Below, in pieces: positions 1 through 10,793 of a stretch of 64,000 nt of DNA (within the stretch, counting starts at the first letter, position 1; each line of letters opens with the position of its first letter). Origin of the DNA: an uncultured Bacteroidales bacterium. Its GTDB lineage: Bacteria; Bacteroidota; Bacteroidia; Bacteroidales; VadinHA17. The translations under genes were made by a program, and so were the position numbers. The notes under the pieces were generated by a model, which saw only the letters and a program-made list of their open reading frames with translations, was not told the DNA's origin and did not search any database. The DNA is taken from positions 179,528-243,527 of the forward strand of contig CAVPGA010000009.1 of assembly GCA_963703935.1 (NCBI GenBank), read 5' to 3'.

Positions 1-183
1 TTCAGGCCAGTATATTGAATCGCCTGTATTAATTTTGGATATAGTCAGAGCCGGGAAATAAAAATCCGGTTTCAAACTGCACCTGCCACTGTAAATGATT
101 AACCTGAAAATTCGTTAAAACAGTGAGCCGTTTAAAAGAAACGAATCCCGTATAGTGTGATAAATAAATAGTTCAAATAACCA

Positions 184-990
184 TCAGATTTTATAATGGT
201 CGTTAAGAATTTTCATGAATAATTTACCGGGAAGGATACGCATCAGCAATACAGCGAGTTTTTGGTCAAATGATGCGACAATGTACCGGTGCCCGGGGTT
301 TTTCCTATCAACAATTTTCACAAGTTTTCTTGCCAGGATAACCGGATCCCATCCCTTTGCTTCATCATTTTCAATAACCGATAATGTCCTTTCAAATTGC
401 TTCTGATAAGGATCTTCAGGTCCCGTGGGTGAAAGGAATTTCCTTCTGTTTGCGGAGTTGCTCGTATGGAAATCGCCAGGATTTATTACCACAACTTTGA
501 CATTGAATCTTCTGACTTCCATTCTCAGAGCTTCGCTGAATCCCTCTATTGCAAACTTGCTTGCTGAATAAAAACCCTGAAAAGGCAGACCCATTAAACC
601 TCCTATTGAACTGACATTTATTATTTTACCGCCACCATGGTTACGCATTGAAGGCAACACCTCCCTGGTAAGATATACCATCCCCATAAAACTCGTGTCC
701 ATCTGTAGTTTGATGTTTTCAGGTGTGGATGTTTCGATTGGCCCGCCGGTATGCATACCGGCATTATTAATAAGCACTTCTATTCTACCTTCCTTTTCAA
801 TAACAGTTTTAACAGCGCTTTTTATTGATTCAATGTCAGTAAGATCCATCTTAAGTACATTGACGTTGTCGGCTGTCTCACATTCTGTCCGCACTGTACC
901 ATAAACTGAATGACCCTGCTCTGCAAGGAGCTGGGCTGTCTGTTTCCCAAACCCTGATGAAATGCCTGTTATTAAAATTACTTTTTTCAT
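184..990 (-). CDS. SDR family NAD(P)-dependent oxidoreductase (classical short-chain dehydrogenase)
   Basis: 268-aa ORF. It has an N-terminal Rossmann motif (ITGISSGFG), an NNAG motif (LINNAG) and the catalytic YxxxK (YSASK). It lies 116 bp downstream of the spt-like gene on the same strand. Confidence 0.9.
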   Translation of the reverse strand: MKKVILITGISSGFGKQTAQLLAEQGHSVYGTVRTECETADNVNVLKMDLTDIESIKSAVKTVIEKEGRIEVLINNAGMHTGGPIETSTPENIKLQMDTSFMGMVYLTREVLPSMRNHGGGKIINVSSIGGLMGLPFQGFYSASKFAIEGFSEALRMEVRRFNVKVVVINPGDFHTSNSANRRKFLSPTGPEDPYQKQFERTLSVIENDEAKGWDPVILARKLVKIVDRKNPGHRYIVASFDQKLAVLLMRILPGKLFMKILNDHYKI

Positions 991-1106
991 TCATCCTGGT
1001 CTCCTCTGAATCCGCCCTGTCAATGCTTCCCGGTCAAATAACGGGATCACTCTTTAACAAGAGGGGCAGGAGCAGATACTTTTGGTGAAATAAGATTTTT
1101 GTTATA

Positions 1107-2333
<1,227 letters not shown>

Positions 2334-2381
2334 TTATTAGGATGAAATGATATTGAGATAATTAGTAAAGTTTGATCCCCT

Positions 2382-3197
2382 TTATTTTCCCGGAATCCTT
2401 TTGGGGATAAAGAAATCTTTCTGTGTAAGGTTACATTTTTTTGCAATATACTTGCAATAATCCAGTCTCCCTGCTTTCTGATCGCGGGTATCAGAGCCAA
2501 AAGCAAATTTCAGGCCCTGGTCCTTAGCCATGTTTATAAACTTCTCATGTGGCGTGTGAGCCAGGTCGTTTATCTCAATGTTGATATTTTTCTTCTTTAA
2601 AGCTGAAATTATCTGCTGCATACGTGCCTCTGTCCATAAAGTATAGTAATCACGGGCTATGCAAACCGGCAGAAAGAGCGGCCATCCCAGTGTAGTGAGG
2701 GGTTCGTTGTTGTTGATGACTTCAAGCGTATGTGCCATATAGACCTCCATGAACTTATCTTGATCATCAACATAAGTATCAAAATTCCAAATACGCAGGG
2801 TTTCATTATAACTGTTCCCCATAGGCAGAGTCTGGGCATCCATAAGTACATAGTCAAGCTGAGACAGAGCTGCCGGAGAAAAGTTTTTGGACCATCCCGG
2901 ACTCATCGGCTGCAAACCTATGTATACAGGATATGGACGGAGTTTGTCAATAAAAATTTTCAGGCTGGCATCATCCCTGACCCGATATCCGGGATTTTCA
3001 ACAATGCCAAATTGGATGTTTGTTCTTTTGGCAATATCCATGATAACATCAATAGTAAAAGTATCAGTAGTATGAACATGCAGGTCCATAAGTGGAAATT
3101 CGTTGTTGCTACTGGTAATTTCATTACTTAAAAGTGGTGATACAGCCAACATCCCGCCGGCTATACCTGCATTTTTTATGAAAGTCCGTCGTTGCAT
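2382..3197 (-). CDS. Tat-exported PHP/amidohydrolase-type metal-dependent phosphoesterase
   Basis: 271-aa ORF with a twin-arginine signal (MQRRTFIKNAG) and a DLHVHT metal-ligand motif. Confidence 0.5.
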   Translation of the reverse strand: MQRRTFIKNAGIAGGMLAVSPLLSNEITSSNNEFPLMDLHVHTTDTFTIDVIMDIAKRTNIQFGIVENPGYRVRDDASLKIFIDKLRPYPVYIGLQPMSPGWSKNFSPAALSQLDYVLMDAQTLPMGNSYNETLRIWNFDTYVDDQDKFMEVYMAHTLEVINNNEPLTTLGWPLFLPVCIARDYYTLWTEARMQQIISALKKKNINIEINDLAHTPHEKFINMAKDQGLKFAFGSDTRDQKAGRLDYCKYIAKKCNLTQKDFFIPKRIPGK

Positions 3198-3374
3198 AAT
3201 AGTAATTTTTTGTTTTGTTAGTTTATTTACAATAACTGACAGCCTGCCTGACTGTACCTGTTAGTTGTAAATGTATAAATTAGTTTACTTGTAAACAGTT
3301 AAATTTAATTAAACAGAGTAACAATGTGAAAAGGGTGGCCGGTGCATCGTGGTATACAAGACCAACGAGTACCC

Positions 3375-3404
3375 TTTGCCAATAAGTATTTTTCTATATT
3401 TTTG
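3375..3404 (+). promoter_or_regulatory. Candidate Bacteroidota sigma-A promoter (-33 TTTG / -7 TAnnTTTG)
   Basis: TTTG lies at 3375-3378 and TATTTTTG at 3397-3404. The spacing is about 19 nt, and the -7 element is 37 nt upstream of the ATG at 3441. Confidence 0.35.
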
Positions 3405-3440
3405 ACAGAAATTCTTTTTTCTTAATTAAAAACAAGCCGG

Positions 3441-4685
3441 ATGACCAACCTTAGATTATTAAGCTTTATTCTCATATTGCTGATCACAGACTCCCTGTCT
3501 TTTACGCAAGCCCAAAACTGGCCATGCTGGCGCGGTCCAAACGGAGATGGAACCAGTACCGAAACCAATTTGCCGGTAAAGTGGGATTCAGTTACTAATG
3601 TGATATGGAAAATCCGGGTACCGGGTACAGGTTATTCTTCACCTATCGTCTGGAAAGACAGGATTTTCATGACGACAGCTTTTCCCGAAACACAGGAGAA
3701 AGTTCTGCTTTGCTATGATTCCAAAAGCGGCAATCTGTTATGGAGAAAAACCGTGCTCAAAAACTCATTCGAAAATAAACACGATAACAACAGTTTTGCT
3801 TCAGGCACACCCTCAACCGACGGCACACGGGTTTATGTGTCTTTTCTGGATGGTCAGGATATCGTGGTATGTGCATATGACTTTTCAGGAAAACAGGTCT
3901 GGCTGCAGCGACCCGGTACATTTTTAAGTCCGCATGGTTACAGTTGTTCGCCGGTGTTATTTGAAGATAAGGTAATAATTAACGGTGATAGCCAGGGGGA
4001 TTCTTTTGTCGCTGCATTAAGCAGAACAGATGGCCATATAATCTGGAAAGTTCCGCACGAGAAGCCATCACATAGTTTTAGCACTCCCATTTTCAGGAAA
4101 ATGGCCGGAAAAATGCAGATGATTTTTTGTGGTAACAGGGAAATTGCTTCCTATAATCCCGGCGATGGTTCGCGATACTGGTTTGTAAGTGGCCCTTCTG
4201 AGGACTTTTGTTCCAGTCCTGTTTATAATGAAAAGTCAGGATTAGTGCTTGTCAGCAGTGCATGGCCGCTTCGTAATCTGGTGGCAGTAAGACCCGACGG
4301 ACAGGGTGATGTTACGAAGAGTCATGTTGCATGGCAAACCAGAAAAGGAGCTTATTATGTACCATCGCCAGTTTGTACTGATGATTATCTTTTTACCACA
4401 ATGACCACAGGTGAGGTTCACTGCATTGAAGTAGCTACCGGTAATATTCTCTGGACAAAAAATCTTGGATTGCAGTATCCTTCTCCCGTTCTGGCTAACG
4501 GCCTGGTTTACATGCCCAATGATGAAGGTGTAATAACTGTTATTAAACCAGGTCCCAGATTCGAATATGTTGCAAGAAATTCTATCGGCGAAAGAATGAA
4601 TGCTTCGCCAGCCATAAGCAATGGGAAAATCTACCTCCGGGGCTTTCAGCACCTTTACTGCATAGGTACAGAAGACGTGAAATGA
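3441..4685 (+). CDS. Secreted PQQ-like beta-propeller repeat protein (BamB/YVTN-like fold)
   Basis: 414-aa ORF with a signal peptide, a WPCWRGPNGDG motif and repeated propeller-blade pattern. Confidence 0.8.
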   Translation: MTNLRLLSFILILLITDSLSFTQAQNWPCWRGPNGDGTSTETNLPVKWDSVTNVIWKIRVPGTGYSSPIVWKDRIFMTTAFPETQEKVLLCYDSKSGNLLWRKTVLKNSFENKHDNNSFASGTPSTDGTRVYVSFLDGQDIVVCAYDFSGKQVWLQRPGTFLSPHGYSCSPVLFEDKVIINGDSQGDSFVAALSRTDGHIIWKVPHEKPSHSFSTPIFRKMAGKMQMIFCGNREIASYNPGDGSRYWFVSGPSEDFCSSPVYNEKSGLVLVSSAWPLRNLVAVRPDGQGDVTKSHVAWQTRKGAYYVPSPVCTDDYLFTTMTTGEVHCIEVATGNILWTKNLGLQYPSPVLANGLVYMPNDEGVITVIKPGPRFEYVARNSIGERMNASPAISNGKIYLRGFQHLYCIGTEDVK

Positions 4686-4716
4686 TCAGGTGAGAGCTGC
4701 ACCGGATTTATCTATA

Positions 4717-4900
4717 AAATGATGGAACCGCTCCGCGGTTCAACATTGGGACTTAGACAATTTCCCTATAATGATGGAACCGCTCTGCGGTTCAGATTAA
4801 GCAGGATGCTACAAAAAGTAATTACCGCGGAGCGGTTTCATTATTCTAGTAACTTCAATAATACAAAATATGAAAACCGCGGAGCGGTTACATTATTCAA
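4717..4900. repeat. Four REP-like palindromic units (two forward, two inverted)
   Basis: The units are AATGATGGAACCGCTC(C/T)GCGGTTCA at 4717-4743 and 4769-4796, and their reverse complement (ACCGCGGAGCGGTT(T/A)CATTATTC(T/A)AGTAACT) at 4824-4853 and 4875-4905. Each contains a 5-7 bp stem around a 3-nt loop. Confidence 0.85.
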
Positions 4901-4905
4901 GTAAC

Positions 4906-4972
4906 TCTCCCAGGAGAGAGGGGGAAGCCCCACCCTCTCTCGCGGTAACTTTAGGGAGAGGCCTTGCTGAAT
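4906..4972. repeat. GA/CT-word composite hairpin
   Basis: CTCTCCCAGGAGAGAGGGGGAAGCCCCACCCTCTCTCGCGG...GGGAGAGG. GAGAG(G) words face CCTCTC words. Confidence 0.6.
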
Positions 4973-5030
4973 AGTTAATTACATCCGGATGTTTATATAA
5001 AATAATAACTTACGATAATACATAAGCGCC

Positions 5031-5155
5031 CTTTTAATACGTTTTTCTTTAAAATAAAATATGTCTTTTAATACGTATTTCTTTTTAATTTAATATGTCT
5101 TTTAATACGTATTTCTTTTGAATTTAATATGTCTTTTAATACGTCTTTCTTCTTA
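5031..5155. repeat. 34-bp tandem repeat, about 3.6 copies
   Basis: The unit CTTTTAATACGT(A/T)TTTCTTT..AAT.TAATATGT starts at 5031, 5065, 5099 and 5133. Confidence 0.9.
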
Positions 5156-5259
5156 GCGTCTTAGCGTCTTTGTGGCATTCTTTTTTTTGGCCACAAAGGC
5201 ACTAAGGCACAAAGTTTATCTGCGAAAACCTGCCTACCCTGCCTACCGGCAGGCAGGCG
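5152..5259. repeat. Two adjacent composite hairpins (CTTAGCG/CTTTGTG words, then CTGCCTAC words)
   Basis: CTTAGCGTCTTAGCGTCTTTGTGGC, a T-rich loop, then GGCCACAAAGGCACTAAGGCACAAAG (5152-5214). This is followed by CCTGCCTACCCTGCCTACCGGCAGGCAGG (5229-5259). Confidence 0.85.
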
Positions 5260-5331
5260 CAAAGCCTAGCACCCATGATGAATTATGGGAATAGCTATCG
5301 GGATAGGGGTGAACAGGTGTAAATCCTTTTA

Positions 5332-5421
5332 CTACGGAGTTCACTGAGTTTCACAGAGTAAAACACGGAGTTTTAAAACAGTGGAACTCCGTCTTTACTC
5401 CGTTTTAACTCTGTGGTTAAA
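5332..5421. repeat. Composite hairpin built from CACGGAG/CACAGAG words
   Basis: CTACGGAGTTCACTGAGTTTCACAGAGTAAAACACGGAGTT, a loop, then AACTCCGTCTTTACTCCGTTTTAACTCTGTGGTTAAA. Confidence 0.8.
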
Positions 5422-5534
5422 TAATTGTTACCTTCTGATAGTAAATAATTTATGTTAAAGAGTTATATAATAGTTCGCAGAGAAATCCCAGGAACGCAAA
5501 GTTTTTAGCAGGACGAGCCTGACGAGATCAGATT

Positions 5535-6026
5535 TCAGAACATTGGATGATCATTTGCGGATTTCTCAGGAACTTCCTGGATAACGTCCCAATGTTCAAC
5601 AATTTTGCCTTTCTCGATTCTGAAAATATCCAATACTGCCCTTACTTTAGGGCCCGATTTCCCTCTGATGTGTAAAAATACCAGATCACCATCAGCTGCT
5701 ACGTGCTGAAAATCGACTTTTTCCCTGGGTGCATCCTTAAACCAGACTTTTACTGCCTGAAGCAATGCCTCTTTTCCATCGGGAAGGGAAGGGTTGTGCT
5801 GAATGTATTTATCGCCAATGTATTTATTGATGGCATCAGGATTTTTATTTCCAAAGAGTTCCTGGTAAAATTCAACTACCATTTTTTTGTTGGACTCCTC
5901 CTGCCGGAGCTTTTCCTCACAATCGGACTGGCTCTGTCCACGAACGTAAGATGCAGACAGCAGGAAAAACAACGCAATCGAATTAGTTATTACTCTTTTC
6001 ATGTTTCCGGAATTAAAGTACTTCAT
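5535..6026 (-). CDS. Secreted SnoaL-like / NTF2-fold protein
   Basis: 163-aa ORF. The likelier start is the ATG at 6002 (MKRVITNS...), which is followed by a signal peptide. The YIQHNP...EHWDV pattern fits the SnoaL-like fold. Confidence 0.6.
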   Translation of the reverse strand: MKYFNSGNMKRVITNSIALFFLLSASYVRGQSQSDCEEKLRQEESNKKMVVEFYQELFGNKNPDAINKYIGDKYIQHNPSLPDGKEALLQAVKVWFKDAPREKVDFQHVAADGDLVFLHIRGKSGPKVRAVLDIFRIEKGKIVEHWDVIQEVPEKSANDHPMF

Positions 6027-6206
6027 TGCGTTTAACAGACTGAATAAAAAATAGTTCGTGAAGTCATGCAGGTTTCAGGCAGAAAAGTTAATAATCCGCA
6101 CCCACGGGAAATCCTGCTGATAAAGATGAGAAAATGCAGAGAGAGCTTGTTAATAATTATCTTTGAAAACAGAGATCTGCTTTCATTCAGGATATCATAT
6201 GAAATT

Positions 6207-6917
6207 ATGACTAATCCGGTTTTATTTTATCTGACATCAATATTCTTTCTGACTATTTGCTGGGGCGGAGGTGAATTTAAACAGGGAGGCACTTCATATT
6301 CAATAGGTATTCAGCAGAGCCCTTCCGAAAAAAAGCTCCTTCTCAACGGCAGGATCTGGCGGAACGAATATTCAAAGGTAACCGGGGATCAGTTTTTCCT
6401 GACAGGCACATATCTTAAAGGTTCCGTTACTTTTAACGGGAGGAGATTTGAAAATCTTGACCTGAAATACGATATATACAATGACGAGCTCATATTAAGA
6501 ATTGAATCTTATCCTGTTATATTTATGAATAAAGAAATGGTCGATAGCTTCAGCCTTTATTCCGGGAACAGGATTTATAATGTCATAAATATGGGAATTG
6601 ATACAACCGGTATTTTAAGAGGTTATGTCAATGTACTTTACGATGGCCCTACTTCCCTTTATGTAAAATACACAAAAAAGATTCAACCACTTGCTGTTGA
6701 TGGTAAGTATGACCTTTTCTTCCAGGAACATCAGGTTTATCTGAGGAAGGGTTCAGAAATATTACCGGTTGAGGGGAAGAGAAAGCTTATGAATCTGCTG
6801 GAAGATAAGAAGAAGGAGATCAGGGATTGGCTGAGAGGTAACCGGATCAAAGTCAGGCAAAAGGACCCCGGAACCTACACCCCTGTACTTGAATTTTATG
6901 ACCGCATAAGGGATTAA
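6207..6917 (+). CDS. Hypothetical membrane-anchored protein, first gene of the TonB-receptor operon
   Basis: The ORF track starts at 6066, but the internal ATG at 6207 (MTNPVLFYLTSIFFLTICWGG) gives a signal-anchor N-terminus. The ORF ends 10 nt before the next gene. No recognisable domain. Confidence 0.5.
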   Translation: MTNPVLFYLTSIFFLTICWGGGEFKQGGTSYSIGIQQSPSEKKLLLNGRIWRNEYSKVTGDQFFLTGTYLKGSVTFNGRRFENLDLKYDIYNDELILRIESYPVIFMNKEMVDSFSLYSGNRIYNVINMGIDTTGILRGYVNVLYDGPTSLYVKYTKKIQPLAVDGKYDLFFQEHQVYLRKGSEILPVEGKRKLMNLLEDKKKEIRDWLRGNRIKVRQKDPGTYTPVLEFYDRIRD

Positions 6918-6927
6918 ACATAAAGAG

Positions 6928-9660
6928 ATGAGTATCAGGGCCTTATTTGCTGCTCTCTTCATATTTGTATTTTCTGTGGTTCATTCACAGGAGAAATATG
7001 TTGTTGACTGGGACTTTACCGGTCAATCATTCGAAGCATTTGTCCTGAAAGCTGAGTCGCGATATCATGTTAAATTCTTCTATAACAGGGAGTGGGTCAA
7101 AGATCTTACCCTTGGCAGCTACGGAGAGAAACGGTTGCTGAACGAGATACTTGACACACTTTTCATCGGGGAATCAATTAATTATTATTCGCTTGAGTCC
7201 GGGAATATTATCCTGACAAAATATTTCGCGGTTAAAATATTAAAAGACAGGCAGGTTGAGAACCGGAATTACATCCCGGGCATTGATTATTCCCAGGACG
7301 AAGGAGTGAAGAGTAACGGCGGAAACCTTGTAGTCGATATAGGAAATCCTGCTGAAAAGAACAGGACCGGTAATGTTACGATATCAGGGTATATTACAAA
7401 CCAGGAAACAAAGGAAAGCGTCGCCGGAGTAACTGTTTATATTCCAAAGCTTTCTGTCGGCACTATTTCGAATGCCTACGGATTTTACACAATGAGTGTA
7501 CCAAGGGGCAGTTATTCCGTGAGGTTCACCTTCATTGGGATGAAAGAAAAAACAATAGATCTGAATCTTTATGGCTCCGGAGAGCTTAACCTGGAAATGA
7601 TCAGCGTTCTGATTCCATTGAAGGAAGCTGTAATAACGGCTGAAAAGGACATTAAGCTGCAACGCCCTGAAGTTGGGGTTGAGAAAATAAATATCACCTC
7701 ATTCCGCCTGATGCCCACATCAATGGGTGAATCGGATATCACAAAGAGCGTTTTGCTTATACCGGGTGTCCAATCGGTTGGAGAAGGATCGGCAGGCTTC
7801 AATGTCAGGGGAGGTTCCGCCGACCAGAACCTGATCCTCCTCTATGGCGCCCCGGTCTATAATTCGTCACATTTTTTCGGGTTCTTTTCTGCAGTCAACC
7901 CTGACATTATAAAGGATGTTACCCTTTACAAGGGCGGGATTCCCGGAAAGTATGGCGGAAGGCTTTCATCTGTGCTTGACATTGTGCCCAGGGACGGTAA
8001 CAGGAGAGAATTTGCCGTCAATACAGGAATCAGTCCGATAACTACCCATTTTGTAGCTGAGGGACCCATTAAAACAGATTCTGTTTTCTATCTTGTAGCC
8101 GGCAGAACAACCTATTCAAACTGGGTGCTCGGACTCATGGAGAACCCTGCACTGGCGAACAGCCGGGTATCATTTTACGACCTTAATGCCAGGATAGCTT
8201 ATGATATTAACAAGAATAACAAACTTGATTTTTCAGCTTATTACAGTCACGATTCATTCAGGTTCAATTCAGATACAACATACAAGTACCGGAATAATAT
8301 TGTTTCCCTGCGATGGCGCCATTATTTCAGCAGCCGTTTTTTCTCAGCACTTACAATCAACAATAGTTTTTATAAGTACGATATATCAAGCCTGAGGGTA
8401 CCCCAGGAGGCTTTTGTCCTTACTCACAGGATCAACAGCACCGGGTTTAAAGCTGATTTTAACTGGTTTCCCGGAAGGAATGAAGTAAATTTCGGAACAG
8501 ACCTGACAAGGTATGATGTTATACCAGGCAACTATTTGCCGGAAGATGATTCATCAATTGTGATTCCCAATTCGATTGAAAGACAGAGAGCCATCGAGAC
8601 TTCACTCTATTTTGAGGATAAATATATTGTAACTGATTATCTTTCAGTTAATGCCGGTCTCAGGTTTACTTCATTTTTTGCATTGGGCCCGCAGACAGTT
8701 TACATGTATAATGCTGCTTACCCCAGGAGTATCTCATCAATTACCGACACAATCACTTTTGGCAGGAAAGACAATTATAAAACATATGCCGGTCCGGAAT
8801 TACGACTGTCAGCAAACTTCAGGCTGAACGATAACAGTTCCTTTAAGCTGAACTATAACCATACAAACCAATACCTGCATTTATTGTCAAACACCACTTC
8901 GATCTCTCCCAGCGATACCTGGAAACTCAGCGACTATCATCTGCAGCCCCAGTCATGCGACCAGTTTGCTGCCGGCTATTACAGGATGATCAATAAAAAT
9001 AAAATTGAAGCATCTGCCGAGATCTATTACAAAAAAATTGACAATATGATTGATTTCAAGGGAGGGACTAATCTTATAATGAATGAAAATGTTGAAAGAG
9101 ACCTGATAAATGTTTATGGCAAGGCTTATGGCCTTGAATTTCTGCTAAAGAAACCTGAAGGACGGACCCGCTGGAGTATCAGCTACACCTATTCCAGGGT
9201 ACTGATCCGGAGCAAAGGATCGTTCAGTGAGGAGCTTATTAATTCGGGAAACTGGTTTCCTGCTAATTTTGACAGACCGCACGACCTTATCCTTACTTTT
9301 AACTATCTCCATTCAAGGCGGGTGAGCATATCGGCGAATTATAATTTCAGCTCGGGCAGACCGGTAACATATCCTGTTTCTTCATATGCGATAGGCGATA
9401 TTGTGCTTACACACTATTCTGACAGGAATAAATACCGGTTACCATATTATTCCAGGCTTGATCTTTCGGTCAGGGTAAGCGGAGACCTCAGATCGAAAAA
9501 GATAGCGCATCCATACTGGATATTTTCAGTTTATAATGTGACCGGACGGGAAAATGTTTATTCGGTTTACTTTAAAAATGTAAAAAACACTGTAAGAGGA
9601 TATTATCTGACTGTTTTTGGAAGACCGATACCATCCATTTCGTTCAACTTTGACTTTTAA
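6928..9660 (+). CDS. TonB-dependent receptor with N-terminal STN-like and CarboxypepD_reg-like domains
   Basis: 910-aa ORF with a signal peptide. It has a CarboxypepD_reg-like segment (ISGYITNQETKESVAGVTVYI...GFYTMSVPRGSY) and a plug region (ITKSVLLIPGVQS...FNVRGG). A long beta-barrel ends in an aromatic residue (SFNFDF). Confidence 0.85.
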   Translation: MSIRALFAALFIFVFSVVHSQEKYVVDWDFTGQSFEAFVLKAESRYHVKFFYNREWVKDLTLGSYGEKRLLNEILDTLFIGESINYYSLESGNIILTKYFAVKILKDRQVENRNYIPGIDYSQDEGVKSNGGNLVVDIGNPAEKNRTGNVTISGYITNQETKESVAGVTVYIPKLSVGTISNAYGFYTMSVPRGSYSVRFTFIGMKEKTIDLNLYGSGELNLEMISVLIPLKEAVITAEKDIKLQRPEVGVEKINITSFRLMPTSMGESDITKSVLLIPGVQSVGEGSAGFNVRGGSADQNLILLYGAPVYNSSHFFGFFSAVNPDIIKDVTLYKGGIPGKYGGRLSSVLDIVPRDGNRREFAVNTGISPITTHFVAEGPIKTDSVFYLVAGRTTYSNWVLGLMENPALANSRVSFYDLNARIAYDINKNNKLDFSAYYSHDSFRFNSDTTYKYRNNIVSLRWRHYFSSRFFSALTINNSFYKYDISSLRVPQEAFVLTHRINSTGFKADFNWFPGRNEVNFGTDLTRYDVIPGNYLPEDDSSIVIPNSIERQRAIETSLYFEDKYIVTDYLSVNAGLRFTSFFALGPQTVYMYNAAYPRSISSITDTITFGRKDNYKTYAGPELRLSANFRLNDNSSFKLNYNHTNQYLHLLSNTTSISPSDTWKLSDYHLQPQSCDQFAAGYYRMINKNKIEASAEIYYKKIDNMIDFKGGTNLIMNENVERDLINVYGKAYGLEFLLKKPEGRTRWSISYTYSRVLIRSKGSFSEELINSGNWFPANFDRPHDLILTFNYLHSRRVSISANYNFSSGRPVTYPVSSYAIGDIVLTHYSDRNKYRLPYYSRLDLSVRVSGDLRSKKIAHPYWIFSVYNVTGRENVYSVYFKNVKNTVRGYYLTVFGRPIPSISFNFDF

Positions 9661-9666
9661 CCAATA

Positions 9667-10785
9667 ATGAGTTCACTAAGGATCATAGGATTAAGCATTT
9701 TTCTGGTAATGGTTGCCGGTTGCACTGTTGAATTCAATCCTGATTCGAATGAAAACAAGGAGCAGCTTGTGGTTGAAGGAATGATCACCGATCAGAACAG
9801 GGTAAACAGGATCAGGTTATCGAAATCCCAGTCCATTGGAAAACCTCTTGCATTTAAACCTGTAACCGGAGCCATCGTTACGGTTACCGATGAAAAAGGA
9901 ATTGTTACAACTCTCACGGAATCTCCCGCAGGTACATATTCTACAGATTCGACAGAATTCAGGGGACGGATCGGCGGCAGTTATTCGCTCAATATTAAAA
10001 TAAATAATGTGAATTATGTGACTGACTTTATTGAAATGAAACCTGTCCCGCCTATCACTTCGCTATATTATGAAAAAGTAGTTATTACCGCTTCACGGGA
10101 TACCACTGAGGTGGAAGAGGGATGCAGTATATATGTTGACAGTTATGATCCTTCCGGGAAGTGTCTTTTTTTCAGGTGGGACTATGCTGAAACCTGGGAA
10201 TACCGGATTCCCTACGCCGTTACAAACAGAGTCTGCTATGTCACTGAAAGGTCAGATGAGATCCTGATAAAAAATACCTCACTTTACAGCCAGGCCAGGG
10301 TTTCAAAATACCCGGTCCTTTTTATCTCAAATAAATCCGACAGGCTGAAAGAGAAATACAGTGTTCTGGTCAGGCAGTACTCCCTGAATGAAACAGAATA
10401 TAAGTTCTGGGAAAGGGTACAGAGTATTTCCCGGAACGTTGGTGATCTGTACGATATTACACCTATGGCAATACCGAGCAACATAAGACGTGGTGATGAT
10501 CCGAAGGAGACAGTTCTTGGTTATTTCAGCGTATCGGCAGTAACACAGAAAAGGCTGTTCATAAAAGATCATTTTTACGGATTGCCGCATTTTTTTATTT
10601 ATTGTGCAACCGATACAGCTGAAGGAGCACTGCCTGAAACGGGTCTGAATACTGAATACTGGGTGATTGAAGATTATGGGGATGAACTTCCCCCATTCTG
10701 GGTAATAACAACTTTCAGGGAGTGTGCTGACTGCACTACGAGGGGAACAGGCGTAATGCCATCGTTCTGGCTTGAGGACAGATAA
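9667..10785 (+). CDS. DUF4249-like lipoprotein (usual partner of this TonB-receptor class)
   Basis: 372-aa ORF with a lipoprotein signal (FLVMVAGC), 6 nt after the receptor gene. The family assignment is from recall of the conserved gene pairing. Confidence 0.55.
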   Translation: MSSLRIIGLSIFLVMVAGCTVEFNPDSNENKEQLVVEGMITDQNRVNRIRLSKSQSIGKPLAFKPVTGAIVTVTDEKGIVTTLTESPAGTYSTDSTEFRGRIGGSYSLNIKINNVNYVTDFIEMKPVPPITSLYYEKVVITASRDTTEVEEGCSIYVDSYDPSGKCLFFRWDYAETWEYRIPYAVTNRVCYVTERSDEILIKNTSLYSQARVSKYPVLFISNKSDRLKEKYSVLVRQYSLNETEYKFWERVQSISRNVGDLYDITPMAIPSNIRRGDDPKETVLGYFSVSAVTQKRLFIKDHFYGLPHFFIYCATDTAEGALPETGLNTEYWVIEDYGDELPPFWVITTFRECADCTTRGTGVMPSFWLEDR

Positions 10786-10793
10786 GATCAACG

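Noticed and set aside
53-96. GGGAAATAAAAATCCGGTTTCAAACTGCACCTGCCACTGTAAATG resembles the core of a cobalamin riboswitch (GGGAA...AATCC...CCCGCCACTGTAA).
   Set aside because: The GGTG segment and the 3' B12 box (AGYCAGGA.ACCTGCC-like) are missing. The only downstream gene is on the opposite strand, ending at 184, so there is nothing to regulate. It is too close to the window edge to evaluate. A covariance-model scan (RF00174) of the extended contig would settle it.
4719-4904. 61-aa plus-strand ORF (MMEPLRGSTLGLRQ...).
   Set aside because: It runs entirely through the four REP-like palindromic units. Its apparent internal repetition is the DNA repeat being translated. There is no ribosome-binding context or recognisable fold.
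4717-5155. Regularly spaced repeats (about 52-bp spacing and a 34-bp tandem) considered as a CRISPR array.
   Set aside because: There are only four units, which flip orientation halfway. The tandem repeat has no unique spacers. No cas genes are in the window.
5152-5214. Imperfect hairpin considered as an integron attC site.
   Set aside because: There are no R''/R' core sites (RYYYAAC / GTTRRRY) at the ends, no integrase, and no cassette-like promoterless ORF array.
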